From Amphiscolops sp. MND2022 (Eukaryota): a stretch of DNA of 64,000 bases. Position 1 is the first letter of the stretch, and each line of letters begins with the position of its first letter. The translations under genes and the position numbers were made by a program. The notes below the pieces were generated by a model. It was not told where the DNA came from, did no database searches, and saw nothing but the letters and a program-made list of their open reading frames with translations. The DNA is taken from contig OZ076409.1 in assembly GCA_964187785.1 (NCBI GenBank), forward strand, positions 91,762,001 through 91,826,000, written 5' to 3'. Shown piece after piece: positions 24,140-37,275 of this stretch.

Positions 24140-25219
24140 TTTCTTCAAGATTCCACCATGTTAAAAGACTTCTACCTAATGATGACACTAGAATCATGCG
24201 TTCTGGTAAGAAGTAAAGGACTAAAGTATTGCGATGTCGACTTAAAAGGATGAACGGATGTCGGGTTGTTATGTGAGGCCTTCTTACTTAATGCATCTGA
24301 TTATTTAGTTGATCAAGTATTATGGAATTGATAAATTGAGTATCGAATATAGTTGTAGATTCGCCATTTCTTGTATAAAGTTTTCAGCAGTTCACTATTT
24401 TGAACGTTCCCTTCTATTCTCTTTGGTCTCGGTCTTTTGTTTTGAATAAAGCGCCGCTGTTTACTTTCGAGTTTCTGACTTGCTTCACATTTCTGCGCAA
24501 ACTGCAATCATAGAACTTGGCCAGGGAACTTTTTCCAATATAATTATAATAGTTTATTTGGTCATTTTTACAAATACAATGTATAAATTAGCAAAAATTT
24601 ATGACCTAAGAAGCCGGGAACAGCCCAAGTCGGCGCCATATCTAAGGCTCAAAAATAGCAAAAGGACTTCAAAATGCCGAAGTATGGTGAATTGGGGACC
24701 AAAAAAGTCTCACAATGTCGAAAAAACTGAAAGGGGGGACCTTTTGGGATTTTTCAACATCCATTCTGTCGGAAAATATCAAAAAACTGAAAGTGGCCTT
24801 TGGTGAAAAAATTTCACCAGGGAGCATTTCACCTCAAAACAAACACCAATTTCATCAAACGGTTCATGATGAGAATCAAAATTCATTATGAATCATCTTA
24901 TAACCGTTCTAAGGTTTTTAATGCACTTGGTAACTGCGACAGATTTCAGGCTATATACAGCGACAGGGCGTGATTGTTTGAGTATTGAGGATATTGAAAA
25001 AAGTAGAAATATATAGTTTGAAAATTTGCTCGAGCTTTTCGTTCGACCTTAACAGGTGGTTTGCTTGAATCTCGCATGATCGCAGAAAACCTCGCTGAAA
25101 TACAGCAGTACTAAATAGTAGTTATTCATAAGATGGGAATTACAATTACAGGCTTTCGGCTACACGTTGACTTCTGATGAAAAGTTGCTCGAACTAGACT
25201 GAATCACCGAGTGACTAGA

Positions 25220-25683
25220 TTTCTAGCCGGTGCGTTTTCCTATTGAGGAAAAATGCCCGACTAATGCAGTGACCTATTTTTCTTCTGACCACAGACCCCA
25301 CACTGATCGGTCTACTTTTTAGAGAAACTCCTGAAACCACCACTAAGTCCAAGTCCGGCCAAGGCAAACTTAGTGCAAAGGCCCCTTTAATTTTTATTTT
25401 TAACGTAACCTACAAAACCGGACGAGACTAAAGGGTACCCCTTTGGATTTTTTCGGTACTGTGCGACTTTTTTCGAAAAAAAATCTGAAGTTTTTTCAAA
25501 AATGTTTTTTGTTCCCAGTTGGGGAAAAAGTTTCCGATTCTTATCGAGCATGAAAGGCACCCTTGTGGTGTCTCGAAACTGTTTTCTGAGCTTTTCAGAA
25601 ATACGTGCTGGGCATGTTTTAAAAACTTTGCGCTTTTTGAGCCTTAGATATAGCGCTGACTTTAGATGTTCTCATCTTGTTTC
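25220..25683 (+). mobile_element. HINE/DINE-1-like element, GTCGGCGC-subTIR family
   Basis: 5' TAGCCGGTGCG with a nearby partial inverted repeat; 3' GCGCTGACT, weak hairpin and CTTGTTT. Related 3' ends at ~21428-21460, 24608-24655, 46664-46710 and 56161-56200. Confidence 0.6.
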
Positions 25684-26446
25684 TTTTCTCCAGACCACAT
25701 ACCTCACACTAAAATGTCCACTTTTTACAGAATTTCCCTAGGCCTTCGTACCCCACTAGCAAGCAATCTCTGGTGCTTCCAAAGGGTTACCATAATTTTC
25801 AAAGCTTTTGTCGTCACTAGACGGACAACTCACGGCGGTTTCGCTGTTTTTCTGCATTGTGAGACTTTCCAAATTTTCTTGATGTCGCCAAAGAGTCCTG
25901 TTCTTTAGTTATTTTGATTTTCTCCGACAAACTGGTTGATAAAGCCCAAAAAGGGCACCCTTTTTGCGTTTTTTGGCACCGTGAAAATTTCGTCTTCCGT
26001 GAAAGTTTGATCCTGTGGAACTGATGAGTTTTCTCGATTGTGGAAAAGACCCACGGTTTTTTTGACACTGCGACTTTTGTCGATACAGTTTTCATTCGGT
26101 AAAAGGGTACCCCTTCACTTTGATAAATGTTTTCGGTCTGAGAAAAGCGTTTGCCTGGCTTCAAGCTCCTTTTTCGGCACTGAGACTTTTGCCCCAAGAA
26201 AGAAATTGTTTAAGAAAATACTTTTTTGACGTTTCAAGTTAGGGAAAGCTGTTTTCTAGTCTTATGCGAATCTCCTGGAATTTTTCGGCACTCTAAATCT
26301 GATAAACTTAAACTTTTGACGAATGTTCTTTTTTGATTGTTGCTTTCCTTGTTTGTAAACAAAAATGAGGTTTAATTACAGCCCAAGAAGTGTACCGCTA
26401 GTCTTTCGAACAATATATTTCCCTTCATACAATATAGGCCAAAATA

Positions 26447-29378
26447 TTTAACAAGACGCCTGCTGAGCAGCGAGTCATTTTCCGCCCGAAACTGTTCTAC
26501 ACCTACATAAATTTGAGGCTCTAGAATAGCCAATGCACTATAAAAACGCGAAGAAGTTCGAAGAAAAGAAAGCTTTGATTCATCTTAGCCCATTTTCGAG
26601 GAAACACGTAAGTTATCATTTCTGCGCTACCCATTTTGCGTTTTTTTCGGCACCATGCAACTTACCGAGAAGAGGTAATTTTCAATAATTTCTTTGAGAA
26701 TAAACTTCGAAATAAACTATCGGAAAACACTTCGCAATTTTCAATTTTTGAGGTTTTCTGTAAAGGAGATAAGTTACCTCAGTCTTGAAGGTTTTACCTC
26801 AGTCTTGTTACTTTTGATCATATGGAACTGACGAAGTTTCTTATTGATTGTGGAAATTACCTCATTTCAGTATTTTTTTCTCCGTGCGTCTTTCTGAAAC
26901 TTTCATTTGGTCAAAGTATACCCCCTTGCTTTCATAGCTGATTTAGGCTTGAGAAACTTAGTTTTGCGAGCTGAAACTCGCTTCGCCATCATAGAACATT
27001 ACCGGAAGAATCCAAAAATTGGAATTTTTGTGATTCCTGTTGAGGAAAAAGTGGTTTCCTAGTCTCAGGCGTATTTCTAGAGGTAATTTTAGGCATTTAG
27101 AAAATGGCAAAAACTTGAATTCAGGTTCTTTGCTAATTTAGGAAAGTTGAGCGATCCCAGTTTGTTGTATAACTGCACATAGTTTCACCAGAAGTGTCAA
27201 AAATTGGAAATAGTTTTGACAACTTTGGAGTCAATTTGAGGAAATTTTTCAACAGGAATCTACAGATGGTTCTTCAAAAATAGACCTATTGGACACCGCT
27301 TTTAGTTGTTTTTGAATGTTTACACCATTATAACCCACGAAGTAGCTCGAAACATTTTCCTTGGATCGAAAGCTTGAGGCCGAAGTTTACGTTTTTGAGT
27401 AAAATTTTCTTAGATTTGTGCAAATAGTTATCTGGTATTTTTTCGAAACACTACCGGTAGCTACACGTTTGAATCTTGAGCCTATGGTATTTCTGTTTGA
27501 AGTAAATTTTCGGAAAGGGTCCAAAATTGGGACTATGTTGTCGAAAATAAAGAACGTTCGGAAACTTTGACACCTACGTTGTAAAATCGATGAACTCTAT
27601 CCGACTTTTTTCTAAGTTGCATTTTGAATACCTTTTTGCTTCAACGCTCAGGTCATTGGAAGTTCTTCGAAAACTTTCGTGGTTTCAAAAGTTGGGATTC
27701 GTTTGTCAAACAACCTGCTTTCTTGTTGTTTCATGGATTTTTGTGTCTTTGAGCCAATTCCTACGAAAAAATGCAGTTATCTCTTTAAAATTGCCTACTG
27801 GAGATACCCGAATTATTCATTGATGAGTTGTTTAAACCATTTAATGCAAGGAATTAGCTCAAAAATTGTACAAAAAACGGCTTAAAAAACTCTTTAGGAA
27901 GAAGGAAAATTCTCAGTTTTTCGAATATTTGTTTCATTCTGAGGAATCTTTCTAGCATTAATCAGGCATTTTTTCGAAAATTGTGCTTCGGGACTAGTTT
28001 CATCTGGAGTTTTTCGAAACTTTTTTCAACCGAAATTTTCAATCTCAAATGAAAATTCACTGAAGATGTCAGAAACCGACAAAAATTTCCACATTTTCGA
28101 ATTTGCGGTCTATTATTAGCCATCTTCCAACCCAAGTCTGCAGTGAAACTTCTTTGAAAGCCTACTGGATTATCAGTTCAGTCTTTGTTGAACGTTTGCC
28201 ATCCTTCTGAGTCCAAAACGATTAAAAAAATACACAAGTTACACAAAAACAAAGTATTAAAATTTTTCGACTCCTTTGGAGGGTTTTTGAAGTGTTTTTG
28301 ATGCAAAACGCTGCAACATTCTCTTCAAAAAATGTAATGCATAGGTCGTTCTCTCGTTGTTGAGTTAATTCTGTTGGAAATCTTTCGGAAATTGTACAGA
28401 AACTTTTCGACAACTCAGGGTCAATTTGAGGCATTTTTCTTCTACAAATTGAACTTATCTCGCAACAAAAGCTCACCGAAACAACAAGTTTGCCAATGTT
28501 TTAGGCGTGTTAACATTCTAGTCCACGAAGTCTATCAATATTTTGACAGCAACTGAACAAAAAGTGCAAATCGGAAACTTTTCAAAATTTTGTCTTTTTC
28601 GATGTCAATTCCGGAGAGTTTTCGTTTGCAAATCTGCATTTATCTTTTTTCTAAGCATACTGGACAACACATGCTTTCCTTGTTGACCATTTTCAACGTT
28701 CCAATTGACGAAGTCTGTCGAAAATTTGGTAAAAATACATAAAGCCATTGAAAATTTAAAAAATGGGATTTTTGTCATTCGGTGTCAACTTGAGACATTT
28801 TCATTTAGTAGAATGCAATAAACTCGGTAAAGACTACTGAACAACCAAGCCTTTTCTCTTTGGCCCTTTAAAATTTTACAATTTACGTTGTTTTTCAAAA
28901 ATTCGACGAAACTCGAATTGCATTAAACTGATTAATATCGGGAAATTTTTGGTTTTTTGTCATTTTCGGTGCTAATTTGAGACATTTTTCATCGAGATAT
29001 CTGCAATTATCTTTTCATAGAAGCCTATTGGACAACGAATTTATGACTCGTTGAACGTTTTCAACATTCTTATCCACGATATCTATGGAAAAATTGACAA
29101 TAATTGCATTAAAACGTCAAAAATTGTGAATTTTTGCAAATTTTCTCGTTTTTGGTGTCATTTTTGGGTCATTCTGGGTTCCTTGGGGTCAACTAAAAAA
29201 GTCCAGAAATTTCCGCAGATATATATCGCACGAAGCTAAATTTATGTGAGTTGAGTTCTATAGGCAACACTCTTAAAGTTAAATATAAATTTGGTGCTTG
29301 GCAAATTTTGTAAAAAAAACAGTTTGATTTAAATATTTTCCTTTCCCATATACGAAATCTGGGCTGAAAATAATAATT
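26447..29378 (-). mobile_element. ~2.9-kb HINE/DINE-1-like element (family A), copy 1
   Basis: Inverted homolog of 40017-45240. Subterminal inverted repeat CATTTTCCGCCC / GGGC(T/G)GAAAAT, terminal CTTGTT, internal diverged ~115-bp tandem units. Confidence 0.75.
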
Positions 29379-30462
29379 TTTTTGGATGGAAGTAAATATA
29401 TTTTTCATATGTATTTTTCACATCCCCGCTTGGTAGAAGTTTCAGTTCACAAAATTTATATATTTCATGTAAATTATTTGCTCTGTGATTGAAATAGTAT
29501 TTACTTGGTTCTGTAATTACATCAACGAGTACTTTCTTTAGAAGTGCCTTCAAGATTTACGACTTTTGATCAGATTCTTAAGAAGTATGCACATATAGCA
29601 ATCAGTATAGCGCGTACAGTAAGTTTCATAGAACATGTTGAGTTTACCTTATGCTTGACATTCTTGGTAGTTTTCATAAATCAAGGGAAAAGAGGATATT
29701 GGGCAGTTTGTGACTTGGGATATGTCACCTTATCCTTTCATCTCCCGAAAATGGTCTAGAAAATGTGTAACTTTTATGCCCTTTTAATGCGATTTGCGTT
29801 TTGATGTTTTTTCATCAATAAGATTGATATTTGCATTGAAACGTAAATCTTTGACCAACCGGTGAAACTTTTAAAGCATGGTAATGCGTTCTGTAGTACT
29901 TCAATTGTTTAATTAATTGTCATCAATTGGTGACACGTTTGGAATTTATAAAGTTTTTAGCTGTAAGTAAACCTACTGTATGTACAATTTGAATGGTAGA
30001 AAAAAATAATTTGTAAAAACCGCGTTAGATTGTATTTCGTGATTGAACATGAATGTTTCTTTGACCAAGTTGGTATGCGTCTTTTTATACCATTCATTTT
30101 TGTCAATAATATTAATGGTAAGTTGGCTTGTCTATACCAGTCTATAAATGGTTTCACATGATGAGATATTCGTCCTTAAACGCCGCTCTTTGTGTTCGGT
30201 TTGTTCCAGCCAGCCAATGAAAATGAGCGAAGCTTGGTAAGTTACTAGCGTGTATTCTGAAGCGCCACCATAATTATGAATCACTGTTTGTGAAAACAAG
30301 TTTTCGCCTCTGCAATGTTCGTGTATTTTTGTTCGGTTGTACTCATAGTACAATTTAATGCGTAGACATCGGATCGGCCGTATTTTTATTTTCTTTTCAA
30401 GCCTGTGTAAAACGGTGCAACTAATCTTTTTCAGATATATCTAGACATACATATCATATCAA

Positions 30463-33400
30463 ATGGACTTTGATGCTAACTACCACGCCAGTACGGCGAC
30501 AGTTAGATCAAACTTGAGTTACACAAGCACAAAAACCTTACCTGGAAAGAGTTCTTACACTGTGTATCTTCTGGATGGGCAACCAGTGCAGATACAGATT
30601 GACAGAAAATCCACTGGTCGAGATCTCTTTGACGAATGTTGCCTGAACCTCAGTCCCCCGATTGAGGAGAAAGACTACTTTTCCCTATCTTTCGATGTGA
30701 TGGAACATGGCAAAGAGGTGAGAACATGGATAGACTTCACCAAACCAGTGGCCAAACAGATGGTTAATGCTAAACACAAGGCGCTCGCAATGAATGTGAA
30801 GTTCTACCCTCCTGATCCGACTCAGCTGTTGGAGTACACGCGGTATTTGTTCTACTTGCAGCTCAGAGACGATCTGTGTAAAGGCAAAATGCCCTGTGCG
30901 TTCAATACCTTGGCTCTTTTGGGGTCTTACGTGTGTCAAGCAGATGTGGGAGATTACACCCAAGATATGGATTTCGACATTCTGTATTCTTTTCCCTTCG
31001 GGCCCGATGAGAACTCGCCGGAGTTGGTTAACAAAATCATGGAGTTGTGGCAGTCGCATGCTGGTCTGTCTACGGCTGAGTCTGAAATGAATTATATCGA
31101 AAATGCAAAGAAACTTCCCATGTATGGAACTGATCTTCACCCGGCCACCGATTCCGATAACATTGATATCGATATCGGAATAAACTACTCTGGCGTACTT
31201 GTTTTCCGCAACAAAGTCAGAATTAACAGAATTGTTTGGCCCAAGATCTTGAAGATATCCTACAAAAGAGATTACTTCTATGTGCGTGTGAGACCCGCGG
31301 AAAACGACAGATACGAAAAAACCATCGGCTTCAAAATGGAAGGCTATAAAGCTGCAAAACGAGTGTGGAAGATCTGCATTGAGCACCATGCGTTCTTCAG
31401 ACTTGTGAGACCTGATCCGAGATCGAAGAAGTTGAAATTTGGCTCCAAACCGAATCTGACGTTCCAAACTGAGTATCAAGTGAAGAAAAGTGCAACTCTG
31501 AGGAGTGATTATCAAACCTTTGATAGGTATGGAACTCTAGGAAGTAACAAGAGTGGCAGTCTGACCCGTGGCCAGTCACGTTCTCTGAACCGGAGAGCTC
31601 TTTCTGTAGAAGACATTCTTCGAACTCCTACCACCCCTGGTGGACAAGATTACGTCGTTAAACCTAATTTTGAAGCTCCGGCAAAATTCGAACCCAATGG
31701 GTCCGCTCAATTCCAAAGAGACTATCCTCCAAACGACAGAGATGGCTATCTTACAAGAATTGGATTGTTCACTGATTATCCTGAAAATCAACAGGAGGCA
31801 CCGAATGCGGAGCAACCCGAGGATCCAAACAGACATTATCAAGGCAATTTCGATCAGAGGTTCCCTGAAGATCAGCCAGGCATGCGATACCCTGAAGATG
31901 AACAAGGATACCCGGAAGGAAGACTGAACACTAAGCTGTCTGCAAACAAATTCGGTTCCAGAATCTCACACGACTTGACGCAAAATCCGGACGCAAGGTA
32001 CGACGTTGAAGTATCGGGTCCAAATTACCCGGAAAGAGAACTAGATGGTAGGTTCAATGAGCCCAGTCATGGAGCGAAAATCTCTGTTGACTCTAGGCTT
32101 CCTCTTGAGAGAGCACAAGGGATTGAATATTCCCAAAGGCTCCCAGAAGGGCGTCAAGAGTTCGAATTTGAGCGGGAACCCAGATTGGAAAATCGGGGAA
32201 ATGAAGGTTTAAACGTCAATGCAGAGTTTGATCCCAGATTTCCTGAAGGTTCCAGGGCCTATCAAGGTCCCGATAGACACCTTGAAAGCCAGTTTTCAAC
32301 CAACATTGATCCCAAGTTTGATCTTAATCAGGAGGTTCCGGAGTTAACAGCACAAAAGAGCGTGGAAGTCAAGGCTCCGAGAATGTCTCTTGGATTTTGG
32401 AACAGGAGCAAGAAGAACCATGATGATCCGAAAAGACCTACTTCTCCCGAATCGCCTCAAAATGTTGAAGCTGAAGCAGGTAGTTTCAATGTGGGAGTAA
32501 ATGCTGAAGCTGATCTCAACGCGAAACAGCGCAAACCCCTGTTGCCCTTCATGAAAAGACGTGACAAATCTCGAGATAAGTCCAAGCCTGAGAAAGAGGA
32601 AAAGGATAAGAAGTCAAAGAAGAAAGGCAAACATGATTTGGATTATGATGTTGAAGTTTCCCCTGAAATACCTCCAAGACCCAGCGTTGACGCTGATCCA
32701 AGTTTTGATGTGCAAGAAGATTTCCCCAAACCACCCTTTGAGGAAAATTTGAACAAACCCTCCTTCAAGTCATCTTTTGAACGTCTTCAGGAAATGGGAG
32801 CAGTACAGGCATCATTTCCTAAAATGGGAATTAGAGGTGATATTGGAGATACGGAGCGATCGTTCCGAAACGAGGACTTCGATCAACCACGTTTCTCCGA
32901 AGATAGAAGACATACTGACTCTCCCACTCAAATGGAGTATAGCATCTCGGCTAGACCTGAAGAACTTCCCAGAGGTTTCAGAACTTCCCCACAAGGACCT
33001 GATCGACCAGTTGTTCAAACGAACAGAGATCTGGTTAGAGATCAACTGAGAGAAAGATACGAGAAACAGTCTAGTCTGAATAATGATATGCCCGAAATGT
33101 CGAGGAGTTACGACAAGCCCTCAGTCCCTGAAAAACCTATGGGCATTTATTCACGCAGTGAGCTGTCTCCTCGAAACTTTCCTAATCCAAGAAATGATGC
33201 TGGGTTTTCTGGTCGGGTAGTCTTGCCCGATCAAAACCCTATTGATTTTGAGAAACCAGATGCAAGGATAAATTTTGAAGTAGAACCACCCAAGCTTGAT
33301 GATCGTCCGAACACTTACATCAAACCAACCGCATCTCAGTTCGCACCCAAGGATGAAGAAATTCCACCACAAAATATTCAATTTGACCCGCCCAATGTAG

Positions 33401-34215
33401 AGTCAAGTTTCACGGTTCCTCAGCGGCCTGCATACAACGAAGCTAGAAGAAACTTCTTTGCTTCTAAACCTCAGAAAATAGAAAGGCCTCCCCCTCCTCC
33501 GCCACCACCGCAAGTTAATTCTCCTGTCGTTGATTTTAACGAGAGAAATCTAACCCCACTGTCTGCTAAGAAACAACCTCCTGCAGTCGCTCCGAAGCCC
33601 AAAAGATTGATGGGTGACCGGAACTGGAACAACGAACGAGCACCAGAGGTATCTACCCAACAACAACCTGAGAATTTCATGCAAGAACTCAAAAACCGTT
33701 TCGATCTTAAACCTCTTGAAAGTAATAGCTTCCCATCTGAAAGTGAAGACGAGATGAACAACCCGTCAGCTGCTAATTCTGCACATGGAACTTTGGAATT
33801 GAAGACTGCTAATTTGAAACTTGCGCCAGCTGTTCCTGACAAACCGCGATTCAACTTCGGTCAACCACCGGTGGTCTCCTTGGACAGGGAGTACGAAGTT
33901 GGAGTGACACCCCAAGGAGGGAGATACCAGTACGAAAAGGAAGTTTACAGGTCTACGAGTAAAGATGAACGAACTGTTTCTGGCAAACCTGGCACCGATC
34001 TGAGCGATATTTTCAACAAGGAGTTCCGCGTGGGAACAGGCTCGAGTTTGACTAACTACACATACAAGTCAGAGACAGTCACTAAAACGACAACTATGAG
34101 AGGCCACAGCGAGCGAGTATTTAATGAAGATGATGATGAATTTCCAAATTCTGTCAACACCAGAAGCGGTTTTCAAGCCAATTTTGACCGACCACGGGTC
34201 AATATTTACAAGTGA
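30463..34215 (+). CDS. Band 4.1/EPB41/coracle-like FERM-domain protein, 1250 aa, single coding exon
   Basis: FERM N/M/C motifs (EKDYFSL, VKFYPPDP, TRYLFYLQLRDDL, ENAKKLPMYG, WPKILKISYKR, WKICIEHHAFFRL), a FERM-adjacent segment, and a long low-complexity Pro-rich tail; uninterrupted 3.75-kb ORF. Confidence 0.93.
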   Translation: MDFDANYHASTATVRSNLSYTSTKTLPGKSSYTVYLLDGQPVQIQIDRKSTGRDLFDECCLNLSPPIEEKDYFSLSFDVMEHGKEVRTWIDFTKPVAKQMVNAKHKALAMNVKFYPPDPTQLLEYTRYLFYLQLRDDLCKGKMPCAFNTLALLGSYVCQADVGDYTQDMDFDILYSFPFGPDENSPELVNKIMELWQSHAGLSTAESEMNYIENAKKLPMYGTDLHPATDSDNIDIDIGINYSGVLVFRNKVRINRIVWPKILKISYKRDYFYVRVRPAENDRYEKTIGFKMEGYKAAKRVWKICIEHHAFFRLVRPDPRSKKLKFGSKPNLTFQTEYQVKKSATLRSDYQTFDRYGTLGSNKSGSLTRGQSRSLNRRALSVEDILRTPTTPGGQDYVVKPNFEAPAKFEPNGSAQFQRDYPPNDRDGYLTRIGLFTDYPENQQEAPNAEQPEDPNRHYQGNFDQRFPEDQPGMRYPEDEQGYPEGRLNTKLSANKFGSRISHDLTQNPDARYDVEVSGPNYPERELDGRFNEPSHGAKISVDSRLPLERAQGIEYSQRLPEGRQEFEFEREPRLENRGNEGLNVNAEFDPRFPEGSRAYQGPDRHLESQFSTNIDPKFDLNQEVPELTAQKSVEVKAPRMSLGFWNRSKKNHDDPKRPTSPESPQNVEAEAGSFNVGVNAEADLNAKQRKPLLPFMKRRDKSRDKSKPEKEEKDKKSKKKGKHDLDYDVEVSPEIPPRPSVDADPSFDVQEDFPKPPFEENLNKPSFKSSFERLQEMGAVQASFPKMGIRGDIGDTERSFRNEDFDQPRFSEDRRHTDSPTQMEYSISARPEELPRGFRTSPQGPDRPVVQTNRDLVRDQLRERYEKQSSLNNDMPEMSRSYDKPSVPEKPMGIYSRSELSPRNFPNPRNDAGFSGRVVLPDQNPIDFEKPDARINFEVEPPKLDDRPNTYIKPTASQFAPKDEEIPPQNIQFDPPNVESSFTVPQRPAYNEARRNFFASKPQKIERPPPPPPPPQVNSPVVDFNERNLTPLSAKKQPPAVAPKPKRLMGDRNWNNERAPEVSTQQQPENFMQELKNRFDLKPLESNSFPSESEDEMNNPSAANSAHGTLELKTANLKLAPAVPDKPRFNFGQPPVVSLDREYEVGVTPQGGRYQYEKEVYRSTSKDERTVSGKPGTDLSDIFNKEFRVGTGSSLTNYTYKSETVTKTTTMRGHSERVFNEDDDEFPNSVNTRSGFQANFDRPRVNIYK

Positions 34216-35391
34216 TGAAGTTTTGAACTGAGAGAAGAACTTTTGGACTCGGAACTCAATCGTTTTATTTAAAAGTTACGCCCCTTTGCTACATCTCATC
34301 AACTGTTGCCTTTTTTAAAGTTCACAAACTGACTTCTCCATTGTTTTTCAAGTTTACATTAGAACCATGCATCAATTATAAACTGTTGTTAAGAAATTCG
34401 AATTTCTCCATGACATTTCTGCTCGAATGTGGACTTGAATATAATATCTATATCTATTTACTTTGGTCACACTTCGATTTTGAATCGAGAAATTTTTGAT
34501 TTAACAATGTTTTTAATAATTACTAATTGCCAATTCCTTGTTGTATTGAATGATATATTGTAGAGTAGAGTAAAATTTTATCAGTGCGATATCATGCCAT
34601 ATCAATGTTCATTTATAAATTCCACTTAATCGTGAATCTGAACTATAAAAAATAATTTTGAGAAGTGTGCTGTACAGCGTGAACGCATCAATATTTTATC
34701 CAAATTGGGTTTTTTATTTCGGTATTATTGTTTTGGATCAATAGTTGTAGATTTCTCTACATGGATGGTTTTTAGCCGAAGTATGAAATGTTTGATCCGT
34801 TCAAACTGATACAACCTCATCAAACTGGCTGATCGAAGCAAACGTGATTCCTTGTTAGTTATCAGATTGTTTGATTCACCAATCGATGAACCAGGGTTGA
34901 CATGTTTTAACAAAAAATGTTGGATTGCGCGCGGAATAGCTAGATGGTTCGTCGGTGAAATCTCTGATCTTATAATTCGAAACGTCCAAAAATTGTATAC
35001 AAACTGCCTATAAAAGTTCAAAAATTGGAAACTTTGAAATTTCTAGGTACTTTGGAGTTAATTTTATTCACTTTTCAACCACACTTTTCAGATTTTTCTT
35101 TTGGAAAAACTACGCTAATTCCTTTGTTGTGGAACTTTTCCGATATTATACCCACGAAAATGTTTTGAAACATTCAGTTCTGAATTCTTATTAATTTTTC
35201 TCAAGCGAATGATCTCAAAGTGTATGAAAATATTTTCCAACGTTTTTAACCACCAACCCTCCGACGAACCTTGTGATGCAGCTCTCGAGTTATCATGTGC
35301 AGTCTTTACACATCTAATAATTCACATCTAGTTTGCTCTACAGTGGTGAGAAAGAACTGAACATTCTCTAAGAAATAACTCGGGCTGCATG

Positions 35392-35724
35392 CAGAGTTTT
35401 GACATCGCTAGTTTATATCGCTAAACCGCTAATGTAAAAACCGCTTTTCGCTGAAAATGTTTTTCTCCAAACTATTAAATGTTTGACTTGAAGAATTTTT
35501 CAAAACCGAATGATAACTTAATATGGTTTTGCGAGAAAAACACCGGAATTTCTTTATACTGTGCAGGTTTTACAGGGGTAAGAGTTGGATTTTTTGAAAT
35601 TCGTTTTGAATATCCGAGTATACGTTTTAAATTTGGACATTATATTTGTTACCGCTAATTTGAATTGCTGAAAAATTCCTAAATCGCGGCCGCTAAATCG
35701 CTAATTAGCGGTGTCAAAACTCCG
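35392..35724. mobile_element. hAT- or P-type MITE (333 bp)
   Basis: 8-bp TSD GCTGCATG (35384-91, 35725-32); TIRs CAGAGTTTTGACATCGCTA / TAGCGGTGTCAAAACTCCG; subterminal CCGCTA repeats. Confidence 0.88.
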
Positions 35725-37095
35725 GCTGCATGTAAACTAAGCTAGCTTTTTAATAGTTTATTTTTTGTCTCTATTTTTTATTCAAGTTTAGGGTTCTTAG
35801 AAGGCAATTCCAATGTTTTAGATATGGATGAAATCGCCACAATTAGCGCAGATTGTGTTGATGTAATTTTCGTCAAAAGTTTGAAAAGATCAATCGACAT
35901 TTTTCGCGAAAAAAAGATGAAATCCATGTATTGAAATAGGGAATGAATTAGAATAGTAGGAAGCCCGGATACAAGTGTAGATACAGATGAAATTTCTTGA
36001 TATAAAACAGTCGAAAGTCCTAAGGGGATAAAGACGTACCTGTCGTAAAGACAAAATTTAAAAATTAGGAGTAAAATGTTACAATATTTGCTAAAGTGAT
36101 GTCTAATATGCAAATTCACTTGTAAATACAATCGATGAAAAATGAAATTAGGCATTTTTTTCCATTTTTTTTTCAAACCTACGTTTACAAATAAAGGTTG
36201 TTCGTAATTTCACACTGATGTATTTCACTGCAGCGATTGTTGCAAATTCTTAACTATTCCACTGATGCGTGCACATTTTCAATGCAAATGCTCCCAAGTG
36301 ATGAATTCACTTTGTGTTCCAACTAAACTCACCACCGTTTTGATGGAATGAATATCTGCTTCAATTCTCGTAACAATTTCACAGGAACGATTTGGTGCGA
36401 TAATGTTATCCTCTTTTCACAAACAGGCTCATGATTTCTGTTCTGTTGCTCATATTTTGTCATGGACTGTTTAACAGTTTTGTCATTTGTATATCTCGAA
36501 ATTTAGTTCCACCGTTATATGTAGCTTGCAAAGTCGTGTGACAACTCTGCAAGGAAGTAGTTGCCAAAGGTTCAAATGTAGAAAAACACATTTTTGATAT
36601 GTTCACACAACTAGAGATCATTATGTATCTCGTGATCAAAAAGGCTTTTCAGTCGTTCCAAAATCGAATAGTCAACTATGAGTTTCAAGAAACTGAACAA
36701 CTCAACATTTAGCGTACCTCCTTGTAAAACCGTGCTTCGACAACTGTCTAAACATGATTTTGCTTTTTATGGTTTTCATTGATATTTTATCGCTCTGTTT
36801 AATGGGTAAAAAACGTAATTATGTGCGCTTTTTCTAGTTATTCAAACTTCCCACGGAGGTTGGATAATTATTGAAAACAGTTTGAGACCCCAGAATAGTT
36901 TAGGTGCTTTGGTTTCCGAATGTAATATAATGATAGTTTTTGAGAAAGTTGAACTGAGCGTAACGAGTAACGTTCTCAACGGATGACGCGTGTTTCGCGA
37001 AACTTCCTGCAGTCGATATATTTTCATTGCATGAGTTGTTCTAAGAGGGTTTTTATCTGTAATTTTTGATTTGGTCAAATAGGAGCTCCAAAATA

Positions 37096-37275
37096 CAGTG
37101 GAATCCGCCTAATTCGTATCACTAGGAACCGAATAAAATAGTTCGAATAGTGAGTGAATAAAATTCGAATTACCCGGATGACATTACTTTGGTCGTCACG
37201 AAACGGGGGTCTCAAATCCATACGATTCAGACGAAGATCCGAATTATCCGGATACAAATTAACCGGAGTTGACTG
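37096..37275. mobile_element. Tc1/pogo-type MITE (180 bp)
   Basis: TA on both sides; imperfect TIRs CAGTGGAATCCGCCTAATTCGTATC / GATACAAATTAACCGGAGTTGACTG. Confidence 0.75.

Noticed and set aside
30685..33854. Antisense ORFs over the FERM gene (e.g. 276 aa at 30685-31515), and likewise over the copia and BEL ORFs
   Set aside because: Shadow ORFs of long coding regions with no recognisable motifs.
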